64,000 bases of DNA, from assembly GCA_976551045.1 (NCBI GenBank), contig CDPCPM010000176.1:3844001-3908000 (forward strand), in the 5' to 3' direction. The stretch's first letter is position 1, and each line of letters opens with the position of its first letter. Below, piece after piece: positions 31,642-43,959 of the stretch. Under the pieces are notes generated by a model, which saw nothing but the letters and a program-made list of their open reading frames with translations, searched no databases and was not told the origin of the DNA. This DNA comes from Glaucostegus cemiculus (Eukaryota). The position numbers and the translations under genes were made by a program.

Positions 31642-31879
31642 TGTAGCGACTCACGATAGCGGGGTCTGAAACGCCGTCGGCCGTCGCGGGGAAACGCGCG
31701 AGTTCCCACGATAGTGCCGGAAGGCGGGACTTCCAGCGGGAGTATGACGTCACTTCCGCCGGCCATGTTTTTTTTGTAGTTCGGGATATGCGCAGCTTTT
31801 GGTGAGTTATTAAAAACGTACTCACTCGAGTCTCCGTGTCCTCGTGTTTTTTCTAAGTCGCACCCTGCTGGCTGCTACA
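31642..31879 (+). mobile_element. Solo LTR, 238 bp (Gypsy/ERV-like), CpG-rich and apparently young
   Basis: Ends TGTAGC...GCTACA (6-bp inverted termini, TG..CA); 4-bp TSD CATT at 31638-31641 and 31880-31883; ATTAAA at 31809-31814; abrupt CpG enrichment confined to these boundaries. Confidence 0.85.
31745..31758. promoter_or_regulatory. Overlapping ETS-CRE composite motif within the LTR
   Basis: TGACGTCACTTCCG = reverse complement CGGAAGTGACGTCA (full CRE palindrome overlapping an ETS core). Confidence 0.65.
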
Positions 31880-33259
31880 CATTCATGATATAGGGCCCAT
31901 TTCCTTTTTTTTTTAAAAGAAGAGAGGACATGGCACCTTAAGAAATTTCTTTGTATTTCGAGATCTTTACTATTAAAGACCAAACATTTTTTGCAGTTTC
32001 AACAGAAACTTAAGAACATGAAAACAAATGCAAATCAAAAAAAAGTGATCCTTTAAATATCAGAAAGAAACCAGCATGAAGTGAATAGTCATCAAGTAAC
32101 ATTAAGGTATCATTCTTCACAGCATTCCTTTCTACCACTATAGGTAGGGCAATTGATTGAAATGGATGGAATTAGAAATTGCAATCTCTCACGCAAGTAA
32201 AATTCAAGGATTGTAATCAATCACAAGAGAGTTTGACTTCGTAACAGCAATCCAGTGGCCTGGCTAATAATATTGAACTTTTCAAGAAAAGTCACCTGCA
32301 GATTTTCTAAATGAATTTCAGAAAGCTGAAGTAAAATAAATTCCTGCTCAAAGAATTAAAAGATTGAACTTCTACATCTCTCTGCACCCTCTGAATAATT
32401 TTACAGCCAAAAGGGATAATGTGACCAAGACCAGGCTCTCTATAACTGAATCTTCAAGTGGAATCCTTCAGCTGGAAAGAATCCCTAAATAAATGAGGGA
32501 ATTCATGACCCACAATTTGAGAGAAGAAAATCAATGGATTTATATTTCAGTCTTTCCTTCAGGCACATTTCCCAGCAAAATCATTTTCTGAATTTTATGA
32601 CCTCAAATGAATGCGAAGGAACTATTTGCCCAGATTAATGGAGAGGGTTATGTTTCCTTGAAATAAATTGCTGGCTAACAATGGAAGCTAAGTAGGAGAT
32701 AAAGTTACTTCATCAATTCTTTTCACGCGATAAACAAAATCTTCTGTATGCCTGTCTTTCCTGTAAAACCTATTATTCCTGCTCATGTTTTTAAGGCAAC
32801 ATTTAAAACTAACAAAATGTTAAGTATTCCGAATTGAAATAAAGGGCATTAAACTGTCTTTAACAATCTTGTTACAGAGTCTGGCCGACAGGTGGAGCAG
32901 GGAGATGATTTCCACAGTTTCTCTCCTAGCTCTGTTGCCATCTTGTCTGTTAAAAAAAAAATCAATTGACCATGAGTAACCCAAAGATCAATTTACAAGC
33001 CTCGTATTAGTTTGGCAGAAATATTGAGTCAGTGACTGGGAAGACAAGGATGATAAACTCTAAAGCAGACCCAACAATGTGTGAAGACGTACATTTTGGC
33101 AGGAGAATAAAAAGTAATCCATACTAAATGGTACCATTTTAAAAATGTTTCATGAATTAAGCTACTGGGGACATGTAATCTTGAAAAGTGGCACCATAAA
33201 CTGAGAGACTGTTTAGAAAAACATATTTTTGCTTTATTTGAATAGTGATAAAACACCAA

Positions 33260-33760
33260 AGCAAGCAAGTTGTACTAAACCTTTGTAAGACATTGGTTAA
33301 GCTTCAGCTGAAGTATTATGCCAGAGTTTGGGCACTAGTTCAAGTTCATTGTTATCATAGGTATTCACAACCAGGGTACAAATGCCATGAAAATTAGCTT
33401 TGTGCAACAGTAGCTACACTACGCTTCAGGACAGGGTGCAGAAGACATTTACTGAAAAAGGTGAAGGCACGAGAGATATCAGTCACGAGAGCAGCTGGAT
33501 TATTTCCCTTACAAAAAGGACAGGTAGAGAAGAGGTTTGACAGATGTTCAAAACCATGAATAATTTTACTAGAATAAATGAGTAGGAGTTTCCAATGGCA
33601 GAAAAGTCTAACTAGAGAACACAGGTTTAAGGTGATTAGCAAAAGAACCAGGAGGAAATTTGATGGGAGTTCATTTTCAACACTAAGTTATTGTCTGAAC
33701 TTACTGCCTGGAAACAGATTCAGCAGCAGTCTTCCAAACAGAACAGGATAATGCACAAAG
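33260..33760 (+). mobile_element. Decayed CR1 fragment interrupted by an antisense LINE tail (~33337-33413)
   Basis: LNLCKTLVKLQLKYYARVWAL-like decay of the LVRPHLEY motif; insert agttcaagttcattgttatc is the reverse of the tail at 55690-55800. Confidence 0.6.
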
Positions 33761-35327
33761 ATAAAAAAGTAAATGGTTCTCCAACCTAAGGCTAATTAGC
33801 TCAACAGCAGCAATTCATTGCGAGTTTATGACCATCAAATGACAATATGACAGAGATCCATAATTTCTTCAAATACAAGGGAAGACGCTTGTTTGTTGAA
33901 TGGTATTGTTCAAGAACTATACATTCAACTACGGAAGATAAACAATTGGAAATATGCCAACAAGTTGGTCGGCTCAGGTAACCTTCAGCTCATTCAAACT
34001 TCCTCCACTGTTATGTACTGACCAAATAGGAAAATAATTTCCGATCCAAACGAAATGTTGCTGCAAAGAGCACAGATTTTCCTGTCGCTTCAGATTAGGC
34101 GTATTTCCTGCTGTGTAACTTTGCCCTCAGGGACTCCATTGTCAAACCAAGTCACTGTTAAAGAATCTGCCCCCATTTTTTGTCAAGAGGTGCCATAAAA
34201 CAATGAATTTTGCTCAAAGTTTGCATGCGGTCACTTCTGCAGTTACCTCAGTTATTTTACCAAGTAATTTTGCATATACTTTTCTAAAAAAAAGAATCCA
34301 CTTTTGTAATATTATTCACTGTTTTAAATTGATTAGTGTTCACAGCTCACTGCTGGGTACGAAAGATTGTCAGAATGACCTTATGATGTGACCAGGGAGG
34401 ATTTGGATAATGGCTTCTAGTGTCATGAAGCCGCGAAGGTCAGCAAAAATGCCAACTGATATAGCTTTGAGGGTGGTAGAGAGAAAGTGTTCCAATCCTC
34501 TGATAAAATCCCTGTGATAAGTGTTACAATTCACTTTACACAACTGTTCAGTAAATGTAACAGGCACTACAGAAACACTATTGTTATAAAAGAATGACCT
34601 GGATGATGCGCCCCATTTCCACTTGTCAGTGAATGCTCCCCATTCACCCACTCTTACGTTCTCTGATCCAGGCGACCCATTTCCCTGGCAAAGTGTCTAG
34701 TACCAACCAAGGACTTGTTGCTGCATAGGGCCTCCAGCAACATAATCGATTAATGTAGTGGACCACACCAAGCCCCAGCCATGAAAGCCTTGATGGGTCA
34801 AAGTTCTTCAAAGCTTCTTTTTAAAAATATAAAAGGAAAAGTTTCTGAATTTCTGAAAATTTCCCCACAGCCAAACAAATCCCATTCAAATGAGTGGGCT
34901 TGGAGATCAAGACAGTGAAAGCCCTCGGGAACCTCTGCAAGCTCCTCCTCTGCTGTAAGCCGGGTCCAGGAGCACACAATCGTTGGCAAACTGTCAGCTT
35001 GTCCATTAAATTCGGGAATTCCCCTTCCATGCAAGAAACATTACAAACCATCCCGGTACTTCTGCTGAAAAGTTTCCAGTAAAATCCAGAGCAATGCAAA
35101 ATATAACAAAATTAAAGATTTTGTTCCTGACATTTTACATTTGCTCCCACCAGAAATTCAAGTTCCCCACCTTTGGCCCAGACACAAATGAAAATGAAAA
35201 TAAGGTTTTCCAAAAGAGAAATGTCATATTATGCTTGTCATAAAGATTGCAACTCCAGTCTAGTTAGATTCCAGATTCACAATACATTCTCCTCAAAATG
35301 TTTATTTAAGGAAAAAAGCTCATGAGA

Positions 35328-35548
35328 AGCGCATTGGCACAGCTAGTAGAGCTGCTTCGTCACAGCTCCAGTGACCCCAGATTCAATCCTGACCTCCAGT
35401 GTTGCATGAGTAGAATTTGCACGTTTTCCCTGGGACCACGTGGGTTTCCTGCCACATCCCAAAATGGGCCTCTAGTGTTGATGGATGGTAGAATCACCCC
35501 TGGATGATCGGAGAGGACTCTGTGCTGTATCTCCTCTAGACTATGACT
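35328..35548 (+). mobile_element. HE1-like / V-SINE tRNA-derived SINE
   Basis: tggcacagctagtagagc (A box), agattcaatcc (B box), V-domain gtgggtttcct, CR1-like tail ctgtgctgtatctc..ctatgact. Confidence 0.7.
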
Positions 35549-38500
35549 AACACGTCCAAGAAACTATAAAGGATGGCAGACTTAACCAAAATTAACAGAG
35601 CATTGTTTGAAACATGAATTTTATTGCAAGAATTAGAGAGAAAAGGAGAAGAATTTCTCCCTATAGACTGTTTTTAAGATATGGAATGTACTATTTAAAG
35701 GGTAAGAAAATCAGTAACTTCCAAAAGATGCCTGGACACATAGAAAGGGCAGAATTCAACAGGGTTAGTGAAGAAAGGCCAGCATTGGACAACAGCTGGC
35801 ACATCTTTCAAAAGAACCACAAGTGATATGACGGGTTGAACAACTTCCATGTGCACTTTAAGATTGAGTGATTCGTGAATGAACTATTTTAGGCTTTGCA
35901 CAAAAAACAATGCAACCAATAAGATCAATGTTTTGTAATTAGCAAGTATTGCTCAAATAGCACAGCATGACAACAAGTTACTGCAATGCTCTGAAGTCAG
36001 AGTTGCATCTAAGGTGCCAAAATAGTCATGACAACAGGTAAGTGGCTGAAAGATGGAGAGCACTCTCCTCCATAACTGGGTTTGCCCTTAAGACGTGAAG
36101 TCACGTGTACCTCAGTGGCTGCAGATGAATTGGGACCAAACAACCCGGATAGAGAGCCCCACAGCCTTCAAACAGACAGGAATGCACTAATCAATATAAT
36201 TTGCCATTGACTTTCACTTTCCATAAAATTCCCGATATATCAAAAGCTGTACAGCATTCAAAGGAATTATAAAGTTGCACATTTCAATGATGGTATAGTC
36301 TAGCAGTTTATTCTGCAATCATCCTTCATAACAACAGAAATGCTTCATGTTCTGCAATGTTTTCAACTAGTCTTATTCAGCATTTTTCTGGGAAAAAAGT
36401 CTCAATATGCTTCAAGGGAATTGCGGTTACCAATCAGGAAGCGAAGATTAGGACCCAATGTACACCAAAACAACTGAGATGAAAGCAAGAAACTATTGAC
36501 CCAGATATTATGGTCTGCAGCAAAGAAACAACACCCAATATTCATTACAGCTCCCCCAGAATTTTTGCAGGTTTATGAATAGTGTCATGTCTTCTACTGC
36601 ACTTCCGAACCATGTACGAACATGTGCTGACTTTTCAAGCAATTAATTTGAAAAAAATGCTTGATGAACCACATATTTTAGAAAAGGAAGTGCAAATTAG
36701 ATTTAAATCGTGTAGAGAAAGCAAAATAAATACTGGGGAAGAATGATGAGATTGAGAAAAAGATGAGAAGTCAGAATAAAATTAAAATATTAAAATCATT
36801 TTAACACTTAAAATTTTTCAACATTAAAATGAGATTCCATACAAAATAGAGCTTACAAGACCCATGTAGCTGTTTAGCAATAATTATAATTGAGCACACT
36901 AATAAAAAAAATCACTTATAATTGAAGGCACTAACCATAACCTTCTGTCACAAGATAACTACTAATTTCATGCCGATTTACAATAAGCATGGTAGTGAAA
37001 TTGATGAGCAATAGTACAGCATAATTCATGAGAGAATTAATTATTATGGCAGCACCTTCCACATTTTCACACATAACCAACTAGCCAATGCTGTGGTCAG
37101 GCATCACTCTTTGTAAGTGTTTGCTTTGCTATTACTAATGGAAAATCTGGGCACTTCGTTTTGAAGCAAAGTCAAGGGTTTGGAAAATGGATGGCAAAGA
37201 TTGGCCTCCAACAGTGTAGGGACAATTAGTGACCTAAAGCTGGAAGGGCATAAGATGGAAGATCATAAATGGAAAGTCCAGAAATTGGAGCTCTGCTTCT
37301 ATCTAGCTTAAGCAGCAGGATAGGTATTCATTGTAAGCAAGGTAGTCAAGGGAGTTCAACGCACATAAATATTAGCGAGTATTAAAGCAGCTACATTCTA
37401 CTTCCTGTTGTATTGCCAATAGTAGTTGTTGACCCAAAAATTGATGTTGAATGACACCCAAATATAGTAATCATCTTGATGCAAGAAGTGAAGAAATGGG
37501 CCTCACTGATAGAGTGAAAAGAATAAGGCAAGGGTTGACACAAGAGGAAAAGCTATAGGGGGCAATTAACAAGAAGTGAAACCTCAAGAACACCGTAATA
37601 GAGGTAGATTAAGGAGAGGAGAATGGAATGGCTGATGGTATTGAAGGTAGACATGGATTTGGAAATAAGCAATGACAATGAGCCCTGATGTAAGTACTTA
37701 GGAGTGATTTGATCAAGTGGTCTCAGCGTTGTTGGTAGAGTGGAAAATGACTGGGAGGAACTCAACTAGGAAACGGTAAAGCTGATAAAATGGCAGATCA
37801 AGGAAGATGCAGGCAACCAGCCTTTTGGGTTACGGAAAATCACCCTTACAGAATTCAGAAATTAATACCCAAGAATGAGATATGGAATAAAATTCACTCA
37901 CATGGAATTTGTGGAATAAGAAGTGAATAAAATCAACAATTTTTTTTCAACTCTCATTTCTTAACACATGTGCAGATGGTGCAGCTTCCCTTTAGTGCAA
38001 ATTATGATATGGCTGGTTTTCTAGGAATGCAACCCCACTGTAAAATGTTTACTCAAACAAGTGGCCTCCTCAAGTCCAACTGTCTAAGGCAGCATTATTA
38101 AGCCCATTTTGTTGAGAATTATATTAACCAACAGGTATCCAGGTACAAGGATGGCACTTCCAGCTAGATATACAGTTGCCTATAAATAATATGGTTAAGC
38201 AGTGACCTCATTCTGCAAACATGCATTCAGTTAATTTTCTAATAATTCTCTAATATAACCATTGATTTCTGTCAGTAAACAAAATTCAGTAAATTAGGTT
38301 TATATTAGATAACCTTCCTCAGCCTTAGTGATCAAAGACAGCCTTGTTTCATTTGACAGCATACCTCTACCTGGCCAGTATCCAGATTACTGTAATAAAC
38401 CCAGGGAATCAAAGAGAAAATGTCGATTAACATGTTTTACTGGAATATTACATACTATTGTGGGGTCTACTTAACTTTTGTTCCACCATCCAAATTTTGG

Positions 38501-39309
38501 CCTTGTCTATAAACTACAATATTTATTAAAGGAACAAATGGAAAAGACAAAATTCTCATTCATACACAATATAAATTTATTGTGCAGTTATTACAGACTA
38601 TATTTTTCAAAATATAGCAAATAGAAAACAATATTGTTTCTCCTGCATCAAACAGAATGCCAAATTGGTGATGAATTGAGGCTCCCAAGCCCAATACAGC
38701 AGCTTATAGACAACCCATTACAGAAGCTCCAGCCTACAGCTACTTCTATTACATTTTCAATTTCAAAACAACTCAGGCCAACAAAATATTGAAATAATTA
38801 GATCTTTTCCCCAATGTAAAACCTCTTAGCAGTGACCTGATAGAGGTTTTTGAACATTCAGGGGCTTGACTTGGGCATTGAGATGCTTCCACTGTGAAAC
38901 TAAGACTGTGAAACTCGTGAGCTCAAGGAATGACTGAGGCCACAAAGGGAGCGTTAACTAAGCACATAGCAGAGAAAGAAATCAAGGAACATATTGTTTA
39001 GGTTGGAGAGAGATGGGAGAAGACTCAATGGACAAAAGCACAGGTATGAACTAAATGGCCTCTTTTTATTCTATAAAAACAATAGGAGCATGATATAAAG
39101 AAAGAAAAATACTAATCCAAAACATGCTAAAAGCAATCAGTGAGATTATATTTGAATTTGGCAAATTGTCCATTTTTCTGGATACATTACCTACTGTGGA
39201 CACATTAGGCACTGTGGAGGCTAGTTTCTCAAACAAATGCAAAGCCTCCAAAAAGCTACTAGCTTTCTTGTTAAAAGTAAAACAATGAGAATCAACATGG
39301 CAAGTAATC

Positions 39310-39886
39310 TGAAGACAAAAGATTCTGCAGATGCTGGAATCTGGAGCAACACACACAAAATGCTGGAGGAACTCAGCAGATCAGGCAGCATCTGTGGAGG
39401 GAAATAAACAGTCGACATTTCAGGTCGAGACCCTTCATCAGGATTGGAAAGGAAGAGTGCAGAAGCCAGAATAAGGAGGTCGGAAGAGGGGGAGGAGTAC
39501 ATGCAGGCAGCTGATAGGAGAGTTCAGGTGATAGATGAGTCCAGGTGAGGGGGGGAAGGTAGGAGGATGTGGGTGGGGGTGGGGGGGGAAGGTGATGTAG
39601 GAAGCTGAGAGATGATAGGTAGGAGAGGCAAAGGGCTGAAGGAAGAATCCATTCCCCACCTCCTTCCCTTTATTCCATGATCTCCCACCTCGTTCCCTTT
39701 ATTCCATAGGTCTCACCTTCCTTTTACTCCATAGTCCACCACCTCCTTCCCTTTTTTCCGTGGTCCACTGCCCTCTCCTAGTGGATTCCTCCTTCAGCCC
39801 TTTGCCTCTTCTACCTAAATGTCGACTGTTTATTTCCCTCCATAGATGCTGCCTGACCTGCTGACTTCCTCCAGCATTTTGTGTGT
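39310..39886 (-). mobile_element. Complete non-autonomous Penelope-like insertion with inverted arms and hammerhead core
   Basis: 13-bp TSD ATGGCAAGTAATC at 39297-39309 and 39887-39899; 70-bp inverted arms 39351-39420 and 39817-39886 (3 mismatches); CTGATGA...GAAA core. Confidence 0.85.
39409..39446 (-). ncRNA. Minimal type I hammerhead ribozyme motif (Penelope-associated)
   Basis: 5'-CAAUC CUGAUGA AGGGUCUCGACCU GAAA UGUC GACUG-3': intact CUGAUGA and GAAA, stem II GGUC/GACC, GUC triplet, imperfect stem I. Confidence 0.65.
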
Positions 39887-41667
39887 ATGGCAAGTAATCC
39901 TTTTGGCACACCGCTAATTGAAGTTCATTCAAACTAAAAGATGTTAGAATCTAGTCTCACAAAAATACAAGAGGACACATTCCCAACAATATCAAAATGT
40001 TACAGTATGAGGGCTGACTGGGAATGATGGTGAACAAGACAGACGCTCAACAGGACTGGTTATAAACTGGTACTACTTTGACCAGGACTGGCAATAAATC
40101 TACCAACAGTACACAACTTCACTTGGATGGGCCCAGTTACAGTCAAGACCACAAAAGGAGACAGGGATCCAGAGTCATCTCAGCTCTTTGATTACTTAAT
40201 GAAGCAGGTAGCACAATTTCCAATCCAATATCTGTTCAGTTTCCAAGAGCAAACCAGAAAGGATACCAATGGGGGCCCCATGGCATCGGAAGCTAAAGAC
40301 ACTACAATTATACTTTGATGGACAATGGACAAAGCAGCAGCCAAACAGGATACAAACTTAATTAAGACCATAAAATAAATAAATTAAAGTCAGTCTCACT
40401 ACACCACATCAGGTAAACTATCTGGGGTCTTAAAACTACTGCCTATCCACAAGGGCATTTTCAGCAAGCACATATAGCAGCATACAAGAGCAAAAGAAAT
40501 CATCAGCAACAAAACACTTCTATCTCAGAAGGGTGTTAAAACTCCAAAGATGATTTTATATTCTCCATTTTATATTCTCTATTAAAACAGAGGCTAATGC
40601 TTTAAATCATCTTGCTCCCTGCAACCCTCCTCACCTCAGCTTCACTGTTCATTCTTCAGACCAGCTGTCAATGGATAGGTTTCCTGTGAAAATTTAGCTG
40701 GAAGGAGATTAACACTCTAATTATTGAAAAATTAAAAGACCCTCCACACTGTGCACATTCAGATTGCAGCACTCTGGTAATTGCAGGCACGAATATAATT
40801 GTTCCATCCTTCTGCTTTAGTTGCCAGAGGACTAACTGCCTTTGGGTAGAATGTAGATTACAAACCAGGGATTAGAGAGTGCCTGAAGCCCTCAAGTAGA
40901 AATGTTCATAAAGTGCTTATAGCCAGAGGAGCTAACTTTAAAAGGCAAGTTCAATCACATTATAGCAAAACAGAATTATTTGACCTTGCGTTCAAACTCC
41001 TTAACTACTATTATGAGAAAAGTCAGGTCAAAAATCTTTAAAAAGATAATGTAATTGTTTCCATTTATTACTTACTAGCAATCAGCATCACAATTCTGAA
41101 TACAACATCTAAGTTGGTAAATGTAAAAATAAAATTGCAAAAGCAACAACCACTTTCCTATCATTTTTTGCAGCACAACTCATAGCAAGACAATGCACGG
41201 TTCTCCAAGATGAGCTGTGCTATGCCATGCAAGGCGCTAAGTACTATACTGCTAAGACAGAGTTTGATTAATTTGGATCAAGTCAAATGAATTCAAAACT
41301 ATTCAGTAGCTTTCCAAGAACAAGGCTGGGAAAGTTAGACTACATCCCGAGATTGGATCTGCAGGCAGAAGTGTTTGGAACTTCAATAGTTTAGGCACGA
41401 ACTTCTGTACTAAGTGACATATGATTTTTCACAATTAAATTCCATCTAATTACACTAGATCTTGCAGAGCACTCATCACATTCAGTTGAAGATTACATTT
41501 TTTTTAAACTTTGAAGTAATGTACGCTATGAAATTTCTCAACTTTATTTTTGGAAGGTCAGGTTACTCAGGGAATTTTTTCCACATTGCAAAGGGACAGA
41601 AGGCAATAAGAACTGGAATGTTTGGCAATGGTAGGTATAAGAGTAAGGATTGGTGGGATCTAAGAGT

Positions 41668-41925
41668 ATTGGTATTGGTTTATTATTGTCACTTGTACCG
41701 AGGTATAGTGAAAAGCTTGTTTTACAAACTGATCGTACAGGTCAATTCATTACACAGTGCGGTTACATAGTTAGTACAAAGTGCATTGATGTAGTACAGT
41801 AAAAGTGTCACAGCTACAGAGAAAGTGCAGTGCAATAAGGTGCAAGGTCACAACAAGGTAGATCGTGAGGTCATAGACCATCTCACTGTATAAGGGAACC
41901 GTTCAATAGTCCTATCACAGTGGGG
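41668..41925 (-). mobile_element. Rex1/Babar-like LINE 3' end
   Basis: Reverse complement of the element at 58515-58805 (cccactgtgataggact...gaccttgcaccttattg...aataataaaccaatacc). Confidence 0.7.
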
Positions 41926-43211
41926 CACTGCATGCATCCATCAAGATGAAGGATCCATAGGTCTGTAGGAGGAGTTATTGGTCTGGAAATGTTATGTGTA
42001 GGTGTGATCGAGGGGGTTAATAGGGGCCTGGAGAGAGGAACAGGAAGCTGCACAGTGCAGTACAGAAGCTGAGAAAGCACATGTCACTGGGTCTTAGAAA
42101 AAGGATTCATGTACCTGGAGAAGAGGGAACTTAGACAACATTTATTTGGAAAATTCAAGAGGTAGAGCTAATGTGTTTGTATGTGTGATGAGAGTTAATA
42201 ACTGACAGACAATGTTTCATCAGCAAGAGCAAATGGTACTAAATGATAGACAAACTATGAAGCACTGGCAACAACTCCAGCTAGTCTCCCTTCAGCCATG
42301 GAACATCCCTTGAACATAATTAATGAGGTCATCTGCCCACTTAAACTGGATCATCCAACAGCCCAATTACCTTCCAAATAAGTTATCCTTGGAGACAGAA
42401 GTTTGAACAAGGCAGTTATCTTCTGCTACAAGGACAGATGACAGTAAAATCTGATCAACTGATCTGTCAACCTTTGCTTCTCAAATATACCTACAGTACT
42501 ACTTCCCTGAATCAACCATATTTCACATCGTCATGAACCCCAGGCCTGGACAAGCGAGGAACTGGTTTAATTTTAACCCTGCAACATAGGGGTTCCCAAA
42601 CTGTATCACTGAACCACCATGCCATCTCAATGCCGTCCACGTTCACACCCCTTTCCCACCACCCACCCACCCCCCTTCACCAAAGTTTCATATTTTATGG
42701 TTGCTGAGATGGGAGAGTTCGTGCCAACTAATCTCAGAGCAATGAATTCAAAATGCTCATCCAGACTTGGGTCAGGTAGAGCAGTTGTGCATCTCAAATA
42801 GCCAATAGTTCCAAGCAAATGTACTGTTATGGAGCAGTCAAGAGAAGCCACAAAAGGGTCATTCGTCTTAACTGATGATATTTGAGTTATCACTGATTTT
42901 TAGATTCTGATATTTGACTGACTGCTGGTATGTCTTAAGTGAATCTAGTTAGGAATCTTTTTTCCAGTGAAGTAGAATCCTTTTTTGTTTTCAATTGCTT
43001 GCTTCCACCCTGGATACCAGTCTGGCTAACCTGTCTAGTAGAGAGTTCTATGCATGTCTAGATGCATGAAGACAATGAGCAGAGGGGAGAACCCCTGTTG
43101 CCTAAACAAATGAAGTTTAGGTTAAAAATATCCTCATGGATGGAGTTAAGGAGCAGGGACCTCAAATTCTAATGATTTTATCAATTTAAATTAAATCGCA
43201 TGCTGAATTTA

Positions 43212-43604
43212 CAGGTTACAAATGCCTGACTTATGGACACCCTGTACACATGAACAAATGTTTGGAAGACTGGAGGGATGGATGGGGGTGGATTTTCCGG
43301 CTGCTGCAGGCACCTTCTGTCAGGTGGGAATGAGAAATTTCCATGAACCTTCTTTTCCACGAGTCACAACTGTTGGGATTTATTCAAGCAGAGGAGAACA
43401 GGGACTGCTGAGCAGACTCACTTGCACACTCACCAAGTCAGTGAGGTCAGCTGGCATCCACTCTTCCTGCGCGTGCTCGCTCTCCCATCACAGCTGCTTC
43501 TGTGATCCTCTCCCACACACTTTTCGTTCATTTCCAACTTACAAAGAGTTTGGGCTGGGAACAGTTCTCAGGCACGGAAACCTGTCTAACCTGGGGACTG
43601 CCTG
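43212..43604. mobile_element. Tc1/mariner (Tigger-like) non-autonomous DNA transposon
   Basis: TA|CAGG...CCTG|TA; right end reads caggcagtccccaggtta on the minus strand; left end caggtta appears to have lost the outer 11 nt. Confidence 0.55.
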
Positions 43605-43959
43605 TATAGTTTCATGTCTTGTGAAACTGGGCAGCAGCCCTCCTGGGAATCTGACTCAGAATTTGCAATTAAACCTAAAGAACTACAGACTCTGAAACTT
43701 AAATAAAAACAGGAAATATTGCAAATACTTCACAGGTCAGAGAAACTAAGTTAACATTTCAGGTTAATGACTGTCATAAAAGGAGCCCCACAGCACCAAT
43801 GGAAATGCACTGTGGTACAATCATAACACAGAATGCTTGAAGTTTTCACTGGTTTGGACAAGAAGTCAATCAGAAACATTTATCTTGTAACATAGACGCT
43901 GTCAAACCTGCCTTTTCAGCATTTGAGGATTTATTTCCAAATATTGTCCTTCTACCTCC

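Noticed and set aside
31642-31879. Native CpG-island promoter / true exon 1 of mapk8
   Set aside because: Only 238 bp, and the CpG richness starts and stops exactly at TG..CA termini with a 4-bp TSD, so it is an inserted LTR
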